Part shown: piece after piece, positions 26,095-38,979 of the stretch
Numbering within the stretch: position 1 is the stretch's first letter
How the letters are laid out: each line of letters opens with the position of its first letter
Assembly: GCF_018977255.1 (NCBI RefSeq)
Contig: NW_024704743.1
Location: forward strand, 14,758,001-14,822,000
From: Callorhinchus milii
Lineage: Eukaryota
Length of the DNA: 64,000 bases
Direction: 5' to 3'
Program-made: the position numbers and the translations under genes
The notes under the pieces: generated by a model
Database searches by the model: none
What the model saw: only the letters and a program-made list of their open reading frames with translations
Told to the model about the DNA's origin: nothing

Positions 26095-26175
26095 ACTGTA
26101 AGCCACTTACTAACTGTAAGCCACTTAATAACTTCTAACCGTAAGCCACTTACTAACTGTAAGCCACTTACTAAC
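26095..26175 (+). repeat. 18-bp minisatellite AACTGTAAGCCACTTACT, ~4 copies
   Basis: Read directly from the sequence. Confidence 0.9.
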
Positions 26176-26553
26176 AAGCTTGACGGGGTAAAAAGAGAAC
26201 TGCAGCACCAAGACCCCTAAAATTCAGCTGATCTGTGTCTATTAGCTGTGGTGCTGGCAAAACATTGGAAAGATCTGGTCTATTTAGTATCAATCAAAGT
26301 CTGTAACTGCACATCTCTTTATTTCTGGTATGTAGTCTCCAAGTCAAATAACTGTTGCTTACCACGTCAGATACTTCTGAGTCAGATACATCATAACTAA
26401 ATAAATAATCGTTACATTCGATATACCATCTTTCACATTGGAACGATATCTCGAAGAGCTTCACAAGATACACTGTAAAGCAGAATGACTGCATTTTGAA
26501 GGGGAACCAGTGGTTAATAAAGGAAGAGGGGATAAGATTTTTTTTAACATATA

Positions 26554-26989
26554 CAGTAAACTCCTGATAACAAGACCATGGCTTAACTTGGTACTACCAC
26601 TTAAGTAGACATGCTGTCAATATCCTGTCTGCTTCCCAAGAAAATGTTTATAAGGGACTCTGCTTTACTTGTCACTTTGCTTAACAAGTAACCAGTCGAA
26701 TTCTAGAAATTCTTGTGAGTTCTTACTTCGGATAACTCATCCTATATCGCAGAGGACTCCTACCTTAGCCTCTTGCCCTATCCTGCTACAGGATAGGACA
26801 GAAAGCCGAGGCACGGTCCTCCATTAGGGGAGGGCTCTGCGATGTTTCTGAGCATCTACTCCAAACCTCTGTCAAGTGCCCTGCGCCAATCACAGTGTCC
26901 CATTGTGGCCCAGGAGGACCTAAGGCTTTCTCGCCACTCCAGACCACTAGTCTTTTTCCTTAGAGTCACGAGTTATCAGGAGTTTACCA
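26554..26989. mobile_element. Tigger/MER2-type MITE
   Basis: TA|CAGTAAACTCCTGATAAC ... GTTATCAGGAGTTTAC(CA): 16-bp perfect TIR; the terminal mismatch can be explained by CpG decay. Confidence 0.75.
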
Positions 26990-27277
26990 TTGTTGGAATG
27001 GGGTATCCACTGCTACTTTTGCCTTTTAGGTATTTTATGGAATGGATACAGTAGCAGTTCAAGAACTGCAACAAGCTAACATTTGAGGATTTCTTTTCAA
27101 ATCATGTTATGTGAATCCTTCCAGCTACTAATTTCCAACAAGATTTAAAAAGTTAAATTAACAATTAGATTGCATGACCACTCTACAGCCCAAGGGGAGA
27201 GAAATATACCTCCCTTCATCCTTGTGATGAATTTTGCTTTCTGTTATTTACAGGCAGATTAGTTTACACTAACGGTT

Positions 27278-27775
27278 AGAATCATAGAATTATACAGCAC
27301 AGAAGGAGGCCACTCGGCCCACTGTGTCTATGCCGACTCTTTGGAAAGAAATCTTTCTTTCCAGTCCACCTTGGCTAGGTCCCTTTTAAACTTACTGAAA
27401 TTAGCCCTCTTCCAGTTGAGTATCGTCACCTCTGATTACTCCTTGTCCCTTTCCATAAGTACTCTGAACCTAATGATGTTGTGATCACTGTTGTCCAGAT
27501 GCTCTCCTACTGAAACCTGCTCCATTTGCCCCACTTCATTCCCCAGAACTAGATCTAGCATTGCTTCCTTCCTCGTTGGGCTGGAAACATACTAATCCAG
27601 AAAGTTATCCTGCACACATTTCAGGAATCCTTCCCCCTCCTTGCCCTTCACACTGTTATTTTGCCAGTCTATGTTAGGATAATTGAAGTCCCCCATTATC
27701 ACTACTCCATTGGTGTTGCATCTTCCTGAAATCTGCTTGCAGATTTGCTCACCTATCTCCATCCCACTATTTGGT
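27278..27775 (-). mobile_element. CR1 with the APE endonuclease segment joined directly to the 3' tail
   Basis: Minus translation VIMGDFNYPNIDW...PTRKEAMLDLVLGN...SDHNIIRF; tail agaatcatagaa...ggaggccactcggccc at 27278-27345. Confidence 0.85.
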
Positions 27776-28235
27776 ATTTTAATACAAATATTAGATATTT
27801 ATAACTCTGCACCTCTTTCCCCCTCTGCACCAAATTCCCACTCTCACCAAATTCCTTAACAGAATTCTCACTCTGTTCCACCTAATTCAGTTCCCTGACG
27901 CTGCTGGACTCTCTGCTCCTCATGAAGCTTTTACATATTGATTCAGATTACCACAAATATTTATCCCAATACCTCTCACCTTCATAAAACACACAGTAAA
28001 ATTGCCTTCCTTTGCTATCAAAGAGGCATTTTTAAAATCAATCTGTTAAAGTCATTCAGATCCATAATAGTAAAATACAGTGAATCAAAATAACATTTTC
28101 TGTGTGAGAAAACCTTGATATAGAAAATAAAATTATGAACAATGTATGTGGCAGAACACACACGACCTTTGTATTTTTAGAAACATTTGTACCTTCCTCT
28201 TTAGGAAAAGGTAAAATAAAACCAGAAAACCACAA

Positions 28236-28612
28236 ATTATTATTAATAATGTTCCTTGCATTTGATATAGCCTTATCACGTGTTCAAGATGTCTCAAAGT
28301 GCTTCACAGGATGTACTGTAAAGTGAATTGACTGTATATTTAGTGGACAAAATGTGGCAGCCAATTGCACACAGCAGTGTCCCACAAATGGTCGTGGACT
28401 GAGTGACCAAATTATCATTCTTTTTTAAAAGGTATTAGTACCCCCGGAAAAGCGATCTGCCAATCGACAAACAACTGGGTTCCTACTTACTGCAAGGTGA
28501 ACAGAGGCATGTAGAGTACGGAAACTTGCCCAACATTTCGCCCTGCCCAGGAATCGAACCCAGGTCACTCACTTGCGAGGCAAGTGCTCTAACCGCTAAG
28601 CTACAGGACTTC
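28236..28612 (-). mobile_element. Full-length Deu SINE, long subtype
   Basis: tRNA head with B box (GGTTCGATTCC on the minus strand), ~70-bp central insert, Deu core and tail. Confidence 0.92.
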
Positions 28613-29609
28613 ACGTTGGATGGTAATCAAAGTTTAACAAGTTACTGAATGCATTTATTAATTTAAGTAAACAGCCTTATGAAGGTTTACTTATCCATAA
28701 ATTAACTCAGTATCTTGCTACTGGAAGGTTAGGGTGGGGAAGAAATAAATTAAGCCTATCTTTTGGCACCACTACAATAAAAGATTACCTTTTGTTGGGT
28801 GGGCATTTCCAGGTCTATTTTTATGTTAGTATTGTAGCCAGGTCACAGAATTGGTGCAGATAACCTACTAGGTTAATAATAATAGAAACAGTTATTGTGT
28901 TCACAGCTCTGTCACAAAACAGTACATGGCAGTAAAAGCAGCAGTTTGTGACACTTTTATTGTAATACAGCATATGCAATTGCGTAAAGATAAAAATCAT
29001 TGGGAATAGTGTTCCTTTTTACTGTTGCTGCAAAAAAGCAATTGAGCATTAACGTCTTAAAAATAGAATTTATATTAAATAAAACTGTTTATTCGCTACC
29101 TGTAGTTTCTGATGCTAACTGAATACTTTCAGTTCTAATTGACAAGTTAAATGGGTAGCACTTAGAGAAATTCTACTGCAAATGATAGTAGATTACATTA
29201 GAAATAGTTGTAGAAATTATTGGAAATACTGAAAATACTGAAAATATTTCTACCTGAGCAAGAAATCAAACTTGCAGCTTTTACAGTTGAACAGATCCGT
29301 TGCCCTGTATATTGTATTCCCAGAGATAGAAATTTCCACATAAAGGACTCTGTTGTAATATACTTCACTAGAGTACAAGTCTGTTTATAATCCAAGGCCC
29401 TTCCAGTACAGACTAGACAGTCATATGCAGGAAGCCAACTGCTCAGCCACGACCACTCTCACAAGCATTTCTAGAACTAGAATTGTTCAAGAGAGCAGTG
29501 GCCGGCTTCCTGCAGGACCCTGGACAACCCACCCTGGAAGCAACATCAGTGGCACGCTGACAACCTGGAAGTGACCATTTTATCTCTGACCTGTTATAAC
29601 ACAGTGTCG

Positions 29610-30528
29610 AACCTCTCTTTGCGACCCCCAGTCCCCTGATGTTCTGTCAGCCTGCCCTTCAGATCTCAGGGGCTGGATGAGCGCAAAATTTCCTTCAGCT
29701 GAACGTTGACAAGACAGAAGCCATACTCTTTGGCTCTCATCAACATCTAAAATCTCACGGCTCTCACCTCCTCCACCTACCTGACCTCCCCCTAAAACTC
29801 TCTGAACCCATACGCAACCTAGGCATCAGGTTCGACCCCCAATTATTCTTCCTCCCCCATATCCGCACCAGCACTGCTTTCTTCCACCTCCGACGCATTG
29901 CTCGTCTCTGCCAATACCTCTCCCCAAAAGCCGCTGAAACCCTGGTCCGTGCCTTTGTCACCTCTCAGCTGGACTACTCTAACGCCCTCCTCGCCAGTCT
30001 CCCGTCCACGACCATCCATAAAATCCAAATCATTCAAAACTCTGCTGCCCGCATTCTCACCCACATAAAACTCAGCTCCCCGAATACCCAAGTCCTTGCC
30101 AGACTGCACTGGCTGCCTTTCCCAGAGAGGATCGATTTCAAGATCCTCACCCTTGTATTCAAGTCCCTGCACTCCTCTGCACCCCCCTACCTCTCTGACC
30201 TCCTCTCGCCTCAAAACAGTACCTGTTGCCTTCGTTCCTCCGGGTCTGGCCTCCTTCTCCTTGTTCCCCGAGTCCTCTGCTCCACCCTCGGCAGCCGTGC
30301 CTTCAGCCGCTATGCCCCGAGGCTCTGGAACTGCCTTCCTCACTACCTTCGTCTCGCTCCCTCCCTTCCCATTTTCAGGTCTCTGCTGAAGACCTTTCTT
30401 TTCGACCGCGCCTTTGGTCACCTTCCCCTCCTCCCCCTGGCTCGGTCCCGGGATCCGTTACTGTAAAGCGCTCTGAGACGCCGTCCGGCGTGGAGGGTGC
30501 TATATAAATCCAAATTGTTATTATTGTT
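29610..30528 (+). mobile_element. L2 LINE of a second subfamily, 5'-truncated
   Basis: QLNVDKTEAILFG, RNLGIRFD, LDYSNALL, QNSAARIL, LHWLP; distinct tail ctgagacgccgtccggcgtgg. Confidence 0.9.
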
Positions 30529-31033
30529 TAATGGGTCCTTTCACCACATTGAAGGTGAAAGTGACACATTAGCCATCCTAATTAGAAGATACAGGCACAT
30601 CATTTTGAGTCCAATACATAATATGCATTATAACATTTGAAAATATGATTTTGAGGCTGTACAAATTCCTTAAGCACAGCATTGAACGATATGGAGATCA
30701 GTGGAGACTGAGATGAACCTGAATTTATACTACACATTAACTTGCTCGTCATCAGCGAGTTAAGATGTGTTGACGGAAACTTATCAAGTGTTATTCTTGC
30801 TTAACTTTGGGGTTCATGCAGTTGATTTTTCTGGTGGGAGTAGTAGTCAGGCTGTGAGGCAGCAATCTTAATCAGCCAATAGGATTTTGCAATACAATGA
30901 GAGATGTTCAATTACATTTTTGTTCACTGCAACAAGTCAAAGAGGTTTGTGAGTTGTAAGTAGATCTAGGCCTAGAAGGGAGACTTTTCAATGCAGGCAT
31001 TTTAACTGCATTGAGTTCTTACTCAGAAACCGA

Positions 31034-32626
31034 CATGAAACTGACCACCTGCTCCCGAGACCCCACCCCTACCAGCTCCACCACCTTGCCCCTTTATTCA
31101 CAGACATCATAAACCTCTCCCTGTCCAGTGGCACCACTCCCACCTTTAAAAATGTTCGTCATCACTTCTATCCTTAAAAAATCCTCCCTGGACCCATCCC
31201 TACTCTCAAATTACCGCCCTATCTCCAAACTTCCTTTCCTTTCCAAGGTCCTGGAACAAGTCATTGCTTCCCAGCTTTGCTCCTTCCTCATCTGCCACTC
31301 ACTTCACAAACTCCTCCAATCGGGTTTCTGTGCCGCCCACAGCACAGAAACAGCTTTGGTCAAAGTGACAAACTACATTTTGTCCATCTGCGACCAAGGG
31401 CTCCTTCTGCCTCCTCGTCCTCCTTGACCTATCTGCTGCCTTCAATACCACTGACCATTCTATCCTCCTCCACCCTCTCTCCTCTCACCTCAACCTTCAT
31501 GGTTCTGTCCTTGAATGGTGCAGATCCTACCTCTCACACCATCTCCACTTCATCTCCACAAACGTTTTTTCCTCTATCCCCTGCAACGTCTCGTGCAGCG
31601 TTCCTCAGGGCTCTGTCCTTGGTGCCCTCCTCTTCAATATCTATATGCTCCCTCTTGGTGACATCATCCACAGACATGGGGTCAACTTCCACAAGTTTGC
31701 AAATGACACCCAACTCTATCCCTCTGCCTCGACCCTCGATTCCAAGACCACTGCTGTCCTGACAGAATGTCTGTCAGACATCAAGTCCTGGATGAGAGCT
31801 AACTTTTTACAGTGGAACGTCAACAAGACCGAGGCTTTCCTGATTGGCTCCCGTCAGTGCCTCCACACCTCAGGCACCAACAGCATCACCATCCAAGAAT
31901 GGACACTCACAGCCTCACTGAGCCGGTCCAGAACCATGGAGTCTTATTTGATCCTCAACTGTCCTTTCTACCCCACATCCATGCAATGACCCACTCTGCC
32001 TTCCCCCACCTCCGCAACATCGCCCGGCTCCACCACTGTCTCACACCACAGGCCGCCGAGACTCTCGTATGTGCATTCATAATATCGAGGCTTGACTATG
32101 CAAACTCCCCAACTCCTCCCTCCATAGGCTGTAAATCATCCAAAACTCTCAGCCCGTGTCCTCTCCCACTCCAGACTCCATGACCTTATCACCCCCATCT
32201 TCGACTGACTCCACTGGTTTCCCATCACATAGAGGATACAGTTCAAGATCCTGATGCTCACCTTCAAAGCCCTCCATGGCTTTGCTCCCCCCTACCTCTG
32301 CAACCTCCTAACCCCCTTCCAACCCTCTGCTCAGCCTGCTCCGATCTGCTTCAAGTCTCCGACCTCGCACACCCCACGATTGGCGGGCGGGCCTTCAGCC
32401 ATTCTGCCCCCACCCTGTGGAGCTCCAACTCCACCTTGTCCCCTCCCTTGCCTCCTTCAAGACCCTCCTCTTCGACCGTGCCTTCAATCACCCTCCTTCC
32501 CCATTGCTCTCCACCCTCCCTGATCCCAACCCTCAGCTCGGGTCCGAAAGACTGATTGTCCATCGCCTGTGACGTCCTCCCGACATGAATGGCACTATAC
32601 AAATGTAATTTTATTGTTGTTGTTGT
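31034..32626 (+). mobile_element. L2 LINE (RT and tail), decayed
   Basis: NYRPISKLPFLSKVLE, QSGF..HSTETALVKV, HGVNFHKFANDTQLY, (TTG)n tail. Confidence 0.93.
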
Positions 32627-33849
32627 ACGCAGGCTGTGAAATCACAGTTCAGCAGCAACAAAAAATATGCTGCACATGAAGAGGCAAGAATGTCCTGTCA
32701 AACGTATGTAGCTTTATTTAATTTAATTGTCATTCCTGTAGTCTCCACAATGGAGTGAAAATTAAGCATATGATGTTATAATTATCATGGACCATTTTGC
32801 ACGGCCAATATAATTGCTCAATTAGTCTTCAGCAGTATTAAATTGATTTTGTGGTGGATGGACAATTTCTAAATTAGTTTTGTCCCAATGTGCATATGCA
32901 CCTTTGATATTTAAAATACTCCTTCCACATCCAGTGGCTTAATGAGACAAAAGTGTCAAGTTGTTATTGTCTTGACAATGGATCAGACAAAAAGTTACTC
33001 TTCCTTACTGTTACTTTTCAGCTTGTTATTCCTTTTTGAAAAGTATAGCTCCCTTGCATATTCTCAGTTGTAAAGGTTTAGTGGATTCCTTTAAGCTCAC
33101 AGACTACTGGACTTTGGAGATTTCAGAAAGCATTATGGGTTTCTTTATTATTGCAATAACAGCTCATTATGGAAATAAATGCAACCATAAGCCCTCCTGG
33201 TTTTACATTCAGTGTATTCAGCAATATTCAAAAAATACACAGCCTGACAAAAGTGGTGAATGAAAGGAGGGGTTGTGGGGGGATGGGGAGAGATGTGCTT
33301 CATGCAGCTGATTGGGAAACCAAACTGGAAGGGAAAGCTTAGAAGGGTGTAGAGGGCAGATAACTGAAAGTCTAGTTTAAATGATAGGTTTTAGGGGGTT
33401 TTAAAGGTAGAGAGGGAGCAGGCAAAGTGGAGAGACTCTGGCATGCAGTTCCCGAGAAAACAGGAAGATTGGCTGAAAACTAATTCATGCTGGGATTGAT
33501 AGGTGGGAGACATGAACTAACAAAATAATTGAAAAAAATATTTTCTAAGTGTCACTGAGACAGCAGAACAAGAACATGTTTAGAACTGCAGAAATTTACA
33601 GCACAGAAGAAGGTAATTTCCTTTCATCTTCTCTTTCCCCATATCCATGTAGTTCACTCTATTTAGATATATGAGTTATAAGTAATAGTGCAAAGCACAA
33701 ATTTCAGGACAAACGCCAAGGGTAATTAACAACTGAAACTAGTTAGCAGTAAAGTTGACTGAGGCTCACTTTGTGCTTCAATTGGCAGCACTGCGATGCA
33801 AACACATTCTTGAAGCTAAAAAACTTTAATTTATGCATAGCTCCCCTCA

Positions 33850-34050
33850 TGCAGCTTCTGAGTTTTTGACAGTGGTGAAGCACGATGCCGAGCTGGGGGA
33901 AGGAGGGAATTAACCAAAGGCATGGTCGAAGAGGAAGATCTTCAGGCGCGACCTCAAGAAGAGAAAGGAGGGGGCAAGACCGAGGTATAGAGGGAGTTCC
34001 AGAGTTTCGGGACATAGTGGCTGAAAGCGCGGCTACTAATGGTGGAACGG
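33850..34050 (-). mobile_element. L2 3' fragment
   Basis: ggtcgaagaggaagatcttc, gggagttccagag, ggctgaaagcgcgg. Confidence 0.7.
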
Positions 34051-36269
34051 AAAACCCAAAGTAAGTTGGAGAATTTGGGTTTTTCAAAGATTTATCTTAT
34101 TTTAATTATCAAAATATCTGCATATTGATTGTGGTATTGATGGTGAAAATCAGTAGAATCTAAAAATATCAATAGTGACAGTATATTAAAAGGATTCAGT
34201 GAGTTCAGAAAAATAGGATTTTAAAAAAACTGTAACATACGATCGAGAGAAAAGTTCTCATGTAAGTTTGCAATTGTGTCTACAAAGCGCTATCAATGCT
34301 GCAGTATTGCACGTATTTGACAAGATCACTTTTAAGACAAGAACACTATAACAAGTCATATATAGTGCAGTGTAATGTGATAATTAACTGCAGTTACTGA
34401 CCTTTACTTCAACTACAGTTAATTATCAAGTTTCTGGGCTGTGGAATTATCCCAATAAGTTTTCTCTGTCATTAACATGTGAATTACAATCTTTGCAAAA
34501 AAAAAGTTCCAATTTAGCACCAATTAGTTAAGAGGTTATAGGTTAAATCATGAATACTGACATAGATAAACACATATCAAATTCAAAACAAGATTTTCTA
34601 CCTAAATGCACTTACATTTTGCAAATGTGCATCAACTACAAAGTAGGACGGACAACTTTGAAACCCACATTTTGTTCTGCTCTAATTACAACTGTATGTT
34701 TTAAGACATTATGCCCGTCTTCAGGCAGGAAACCAGTGAACAGTCAATCCTGCTTTGAAGTGATTAAAAACTGCAGAGGAGAAATAATTGACTTTGTGCA
34801 CCATTACACCAATATCCTCTGGCCCCTATGAGCTGATCAGTGGGTATCAGTACAAAATTAGTTCTGACAGCATCAACAAGAGCAGTTAAGAGCATAGACT
34901 ACACACTGGAGTCTATGCAAGTTGTGTTAACCAAGTGTAACCGACAGACGGAATTACAGGTGTACTGACTGAATTGTGTAATTAACAACCAATGAAAAGG
35001 ATTCTAGGTGATTCTGAATCCTGTACATTAAAATAATAATCTTTGCATTTAACATAATGCCTTTCACGTCAGGAGGATGTCTCAAAGCGCTTCACAGGAT
35101 TTATTGTAAAGTGTATATTTTGAAGGCAAATGAGGCAGCTAATCTGTGCAAAATAACCATGAAGTAAATGACCAAATAGATAAAAAAACTACAACAACAA
35201 CTAGAACCAAAGTGAACATTGTTACAGAGACAAAAGCAACACTTATCTGCATCAACAATGTCCTGCAGCAGCAAGGAGCAGCCAGCTAATTAGAATTTTC
35301 TAAAAATTGTTTTTTAATTACAGTTTTAGGGCACCTGTTATTCCTGCTGTACACATAATTCCACATGGTTAATGCAATCTGCATAAATCAACCACCACTT
35401 CATACAATTTCATCACCTTCTTCGAAAATGTATTTTTGGTTTCAAAATTACACTTGGGTTCACGGTTCACTCACTCAACGAAAGCGAAGGTAATAATGTT
35501 TAAACATGATTATTCTGTAGGGTTACATATTATTTGTACAGTATTTTAAAAACATACTATATATAAGGTGTCATTTCAGGTTTTACCTGCATTGAAAGTA
35601 CTTCCTCAGATATTTGGATAAAGCAAAAAAAAATCCTCGTAAGTTTTGGGTCAATTTTCACTTACTCAGTATAATGAAATCTATCGCGTTTGGGGGGAAT
35701 TTTAAAAAGCTAAACCTTCTGGGTATCCATATCACACAATATTTAATACCTGTTGAGACTGATGCAGTTGAATGATTCAATCAAAGGCAGTTTGAAAAAC
35801 AAACTCGATTCATAAAAGAAATGTTTAATCTGGAACTCAATATTTAACCTAAATTGGGCCATCCTTGTTCAAGTACACGCAAGATACATTTATTGCATGG
35901 ATAAGGTTGTAGAGAAATGCTGTTTTGAATTTTTGTTTCAGTTCTGTGACTTACACAGTTGTATATTCTCTATTCTTCCCTAGCAGATAGATTAGTCTAT
36001 TGTTAGCACAACGCTTGTGTTTCTCAATAAATACTACAATTACCTATCAATTTGGTAGTTTAAATGCACCTTTCCCCCATCCTGAAAAGGTCCGACCTAA
36101 ATTTAACAAAACGTCACTCAGAGATATATGAAAATATTGATAACATCCAAAATAATTCATTATCCATAGTCAAATACTGCCATATATTGTGTAGGCCACA
36201 ATAGTGGTTAGATGGGTAACCTATAGTCCCTCACAAAATATATTTTCCTATTATGCTATATATAGATGT

Positions 36270-36960
36270 TTCCTATCTACAGAACTGACTATTTTACAAC
36301 GATTTCCCTCCTCAAGATTTTTTTCTGAATTTTACAGTTCTTCAAAGAAAATAAGAGTGTACAGGATTTGAAAAGGCCTTTATGGTCATCTGGCCACTCC
36401 CAAATTATTATTAAAAAACACAATATTGTTAAACACTTCAAATCAAAATTTTCTCCAAATGGCTGTCCTTGTGTATTTTCTGACACAATCCATTCCCCAT
36501 TTTCACGATTCTTTCAATAAACCACAAGTCAACATTGTTATGCACTGTGAACCCATGCTATGCAAAGAATGAGTCGTTTCCCATTTTAGAATTTCTGACA
36601 GTTAAACATATTTATCTATACCTTTTAGGATTTTGAATACTTTAATATCTCCCTGAAACTTCACCTTATACCTCTGGTGCCTAATTCCACTTATGAATGC
36701 AGTTGCTCTGTGTTGCACCCTCTCCAATGCCAAGATGTCCTTACTTCAATATGCTGACTAGAACTGTACAGTCCTCCAGGTTGAACTAGTCTAGCGATTA
36801 GTACATGTTCAGCATTACTTTCAGCCACTTATGATCTAACCTTTAGCTACACACTCTTGCCAGCTGATAAGCTGTTCTGATAATCTTGACAATGTATGCA
36901 CAATTACCTCCAAACCTTCTGCATTGTGTCCCTCCATACTGATCATTTTGTTTTCTCACT
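36270..36960 (-). mobile_element. Highly decayed CR1 3' region
   Basis: aaaaggcctttatggtcatctgg tail-like segment; gttgcaccctctccaatg; agaactgtacag. Confidence 0.5.
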
Positions 36961-37365
36961 GTGTATTTTCTCAGTTTTATTTAAAAAATGGGATTAATGC
37001 AAATAGGCTAGTTCTAGCATTTTAAACCATTGTCCCACATGTAACCCACAAAACAGCAAATGTATTCTGTGTATGTAAGAATGATTCATTCATTTCATTC
37101 ATCAAGCTTTTTGTAAGAATTGTTTTACCTTCAGTTCAAATAAACAGACCGTATTGTTACTTAAACATGAGGTCTGCAATATAGTTACAGGTAAATAAAC
37201 ATGTGTCATTTATTTTTAAAACATGTAGAGTTTATTTTTAAACATGTATAAATGTGCTGTACCATTCACAAAATCTGAAGAATTCCAGTAAATAAAGATC
37301 AGACAACCAAAAAGAACAAAGAAATACTACTCCGTACAAATTCCATCATGAAAAAGACCGTCGGC

Positions 37366-37645
37366 TTGGGAGGAACCTCCTGACACACTGCAGCAATGGC
37401 CAGTATTATTTCCACTCCCCGCTGCTCAATGCGCTGCAGTGTGTCAGGAAGCCTCTCCCCAAATTGAGAGGAAGCAGGCAGGTCTCCTTACCAACCTCAT
37501 CCTCCCAATTGCCAGCTCCTGCCATTGCCACAAGAGGATAGTTTGCCGGGGAGAGAGGGAGCAGAAGTTGGAAATGGTTCTCTGGCCGGATTAAATCATC
37601 CTCCGGGCCTGATGCTGCCCGCGGGTCGCCAGTTGGACGGCCCTG
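37366..37645 (+). mobile_element. hAT/Charlie-like non-autonomous element, right end
   Basis: Terminus gcccgcgggtcgccagttggacggccctg; internal 17-bp inverted repeat at 37378-37394/37433-37449. Confidence 0.6.
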
Positions 37646-38359
37646 ACCTCAGCGTTTATTTCCTTCATTAGTGGCTTAGTAGATATCAATGTGGAGTTGC
37701 TTTCGTTACTGGTGACACCAATCTACATAGTGTGGTTTCATTGTAAATGTGACAAACAATGGCAACTGATCATTGCAGACAGATCAGGACAATGGACAAA
37801 CAAACGTCAGTTGTCTTCACTATTGAGAAAAAGTCATTTACAATACTGAGCATAAAGGACTGGGACACGGCTCACTTACTTAGCTCTTCTCTAAAAAAAT
37901 TACAACCTCTCTTCAGCTACATATATTCAGCTCTTTGGCCTCCACCATCTTTTCCATCTATTCACTATAAATGAGGAACGTACAGTTCATATATTAATAA
38001 ATGATCATACTCTAGTAATTTTCTATAGTTACTTTGATATTGACTTGCTTCTTCTTGTTTCACCAAAAAATAAAAAAGGTTTAGCAAAGATAAGGCAGAA
38101 ACAATAGAAAGACAGCAGATTGGCAGTGGGAAATATTGAAATTGAATTGGGCAAGGTGCAAGTGAAATACATGCTCACCAACAGTTAAAAAAAGTGGTTG
38201 AGAAGGTGAGGCGACAGTGGATAAATAAATAAGACAGATGGAGGACAAATAACAAAGCTACTAAGAAGTAATTGTGAAGTATAGAAATAATGTAAAAACA
38301 AGTGTTAAGGAGGGCTGAGAAATTATGACAACTCCTTCAGCTCCTTGGAGCTGAACTGA

Positions 38360-38930
38360 CTCCAAGGTGATTTGTCTGACAACAGAATGTCGGAATCAAG
38401 CCAACCCTCTGTGGCGGTCTTGGTATTTCTGTTCCTGAGCCGGGCAGGTCCGCAGTATTCCAGGGCACTGCTGATGACAGCACAGGGAGCCTGGCTCATC
38501 GGGAGGGCCTGGAAGGGCAGACCAATCACTAGGCACTGGGTTAACTCAGCTCCTGTTAACACTGCAAGCCAAAGTCCTTACGGGTAGGGTAGTCCAAGCT
38601 GGACAAGCAGCAGGAAAGTTTGCCGGACGGCAATATCAATGGCAAGGTTTGCAGTTTTCGCTGGTTGGACTCCAGCAGTACCCCAAGTCACATTTTAGGG
38701 ACCCCCAAGCCTTGGCTCTTGCCAACCTGCACCAAATACTTTCCGGAATTGGGTAAGCAGAATGCGTCACTCCAGGGAGAGAGTGCACATTCCATTCCAA
38801 CAATCTTTCTCTGGGATTTCCATGTGTGGGTGGGATGCACGGAAATCTCAGCTTGGTTTGGATACTCTGAAGCATGGGTTTCAGCATGTGTCAGACAACA
38901 CTATGTGTCTCAACAAAAAAAAGAAACAAA
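38360..38930 (+). repeat. Unclassified ~550-bp A-tailed repeat, copy 2 (best preserved)
   Basis: Similarity to 2270-2727 and 44720-45258. Confidence 0.8.
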
Positions 38931-38979
38931 CTGGCAGGGAACATTAAGAGTAATACTTTATGCACTTTAATTATATTTA

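Noticed and set aside
26352..26385. Possible 34-nt minus exon (YDVSDSEVSDV) with a gtaagc donor
   Set aside because: The acceptor is supplied by an adjacent SINE tail; no other support
29198..29395. Minus ORFs at 29198-29395, 21254-21526 and 41665-41856 as host exons
   Set aside because: Weak or missing splice sites and no recognisable homology
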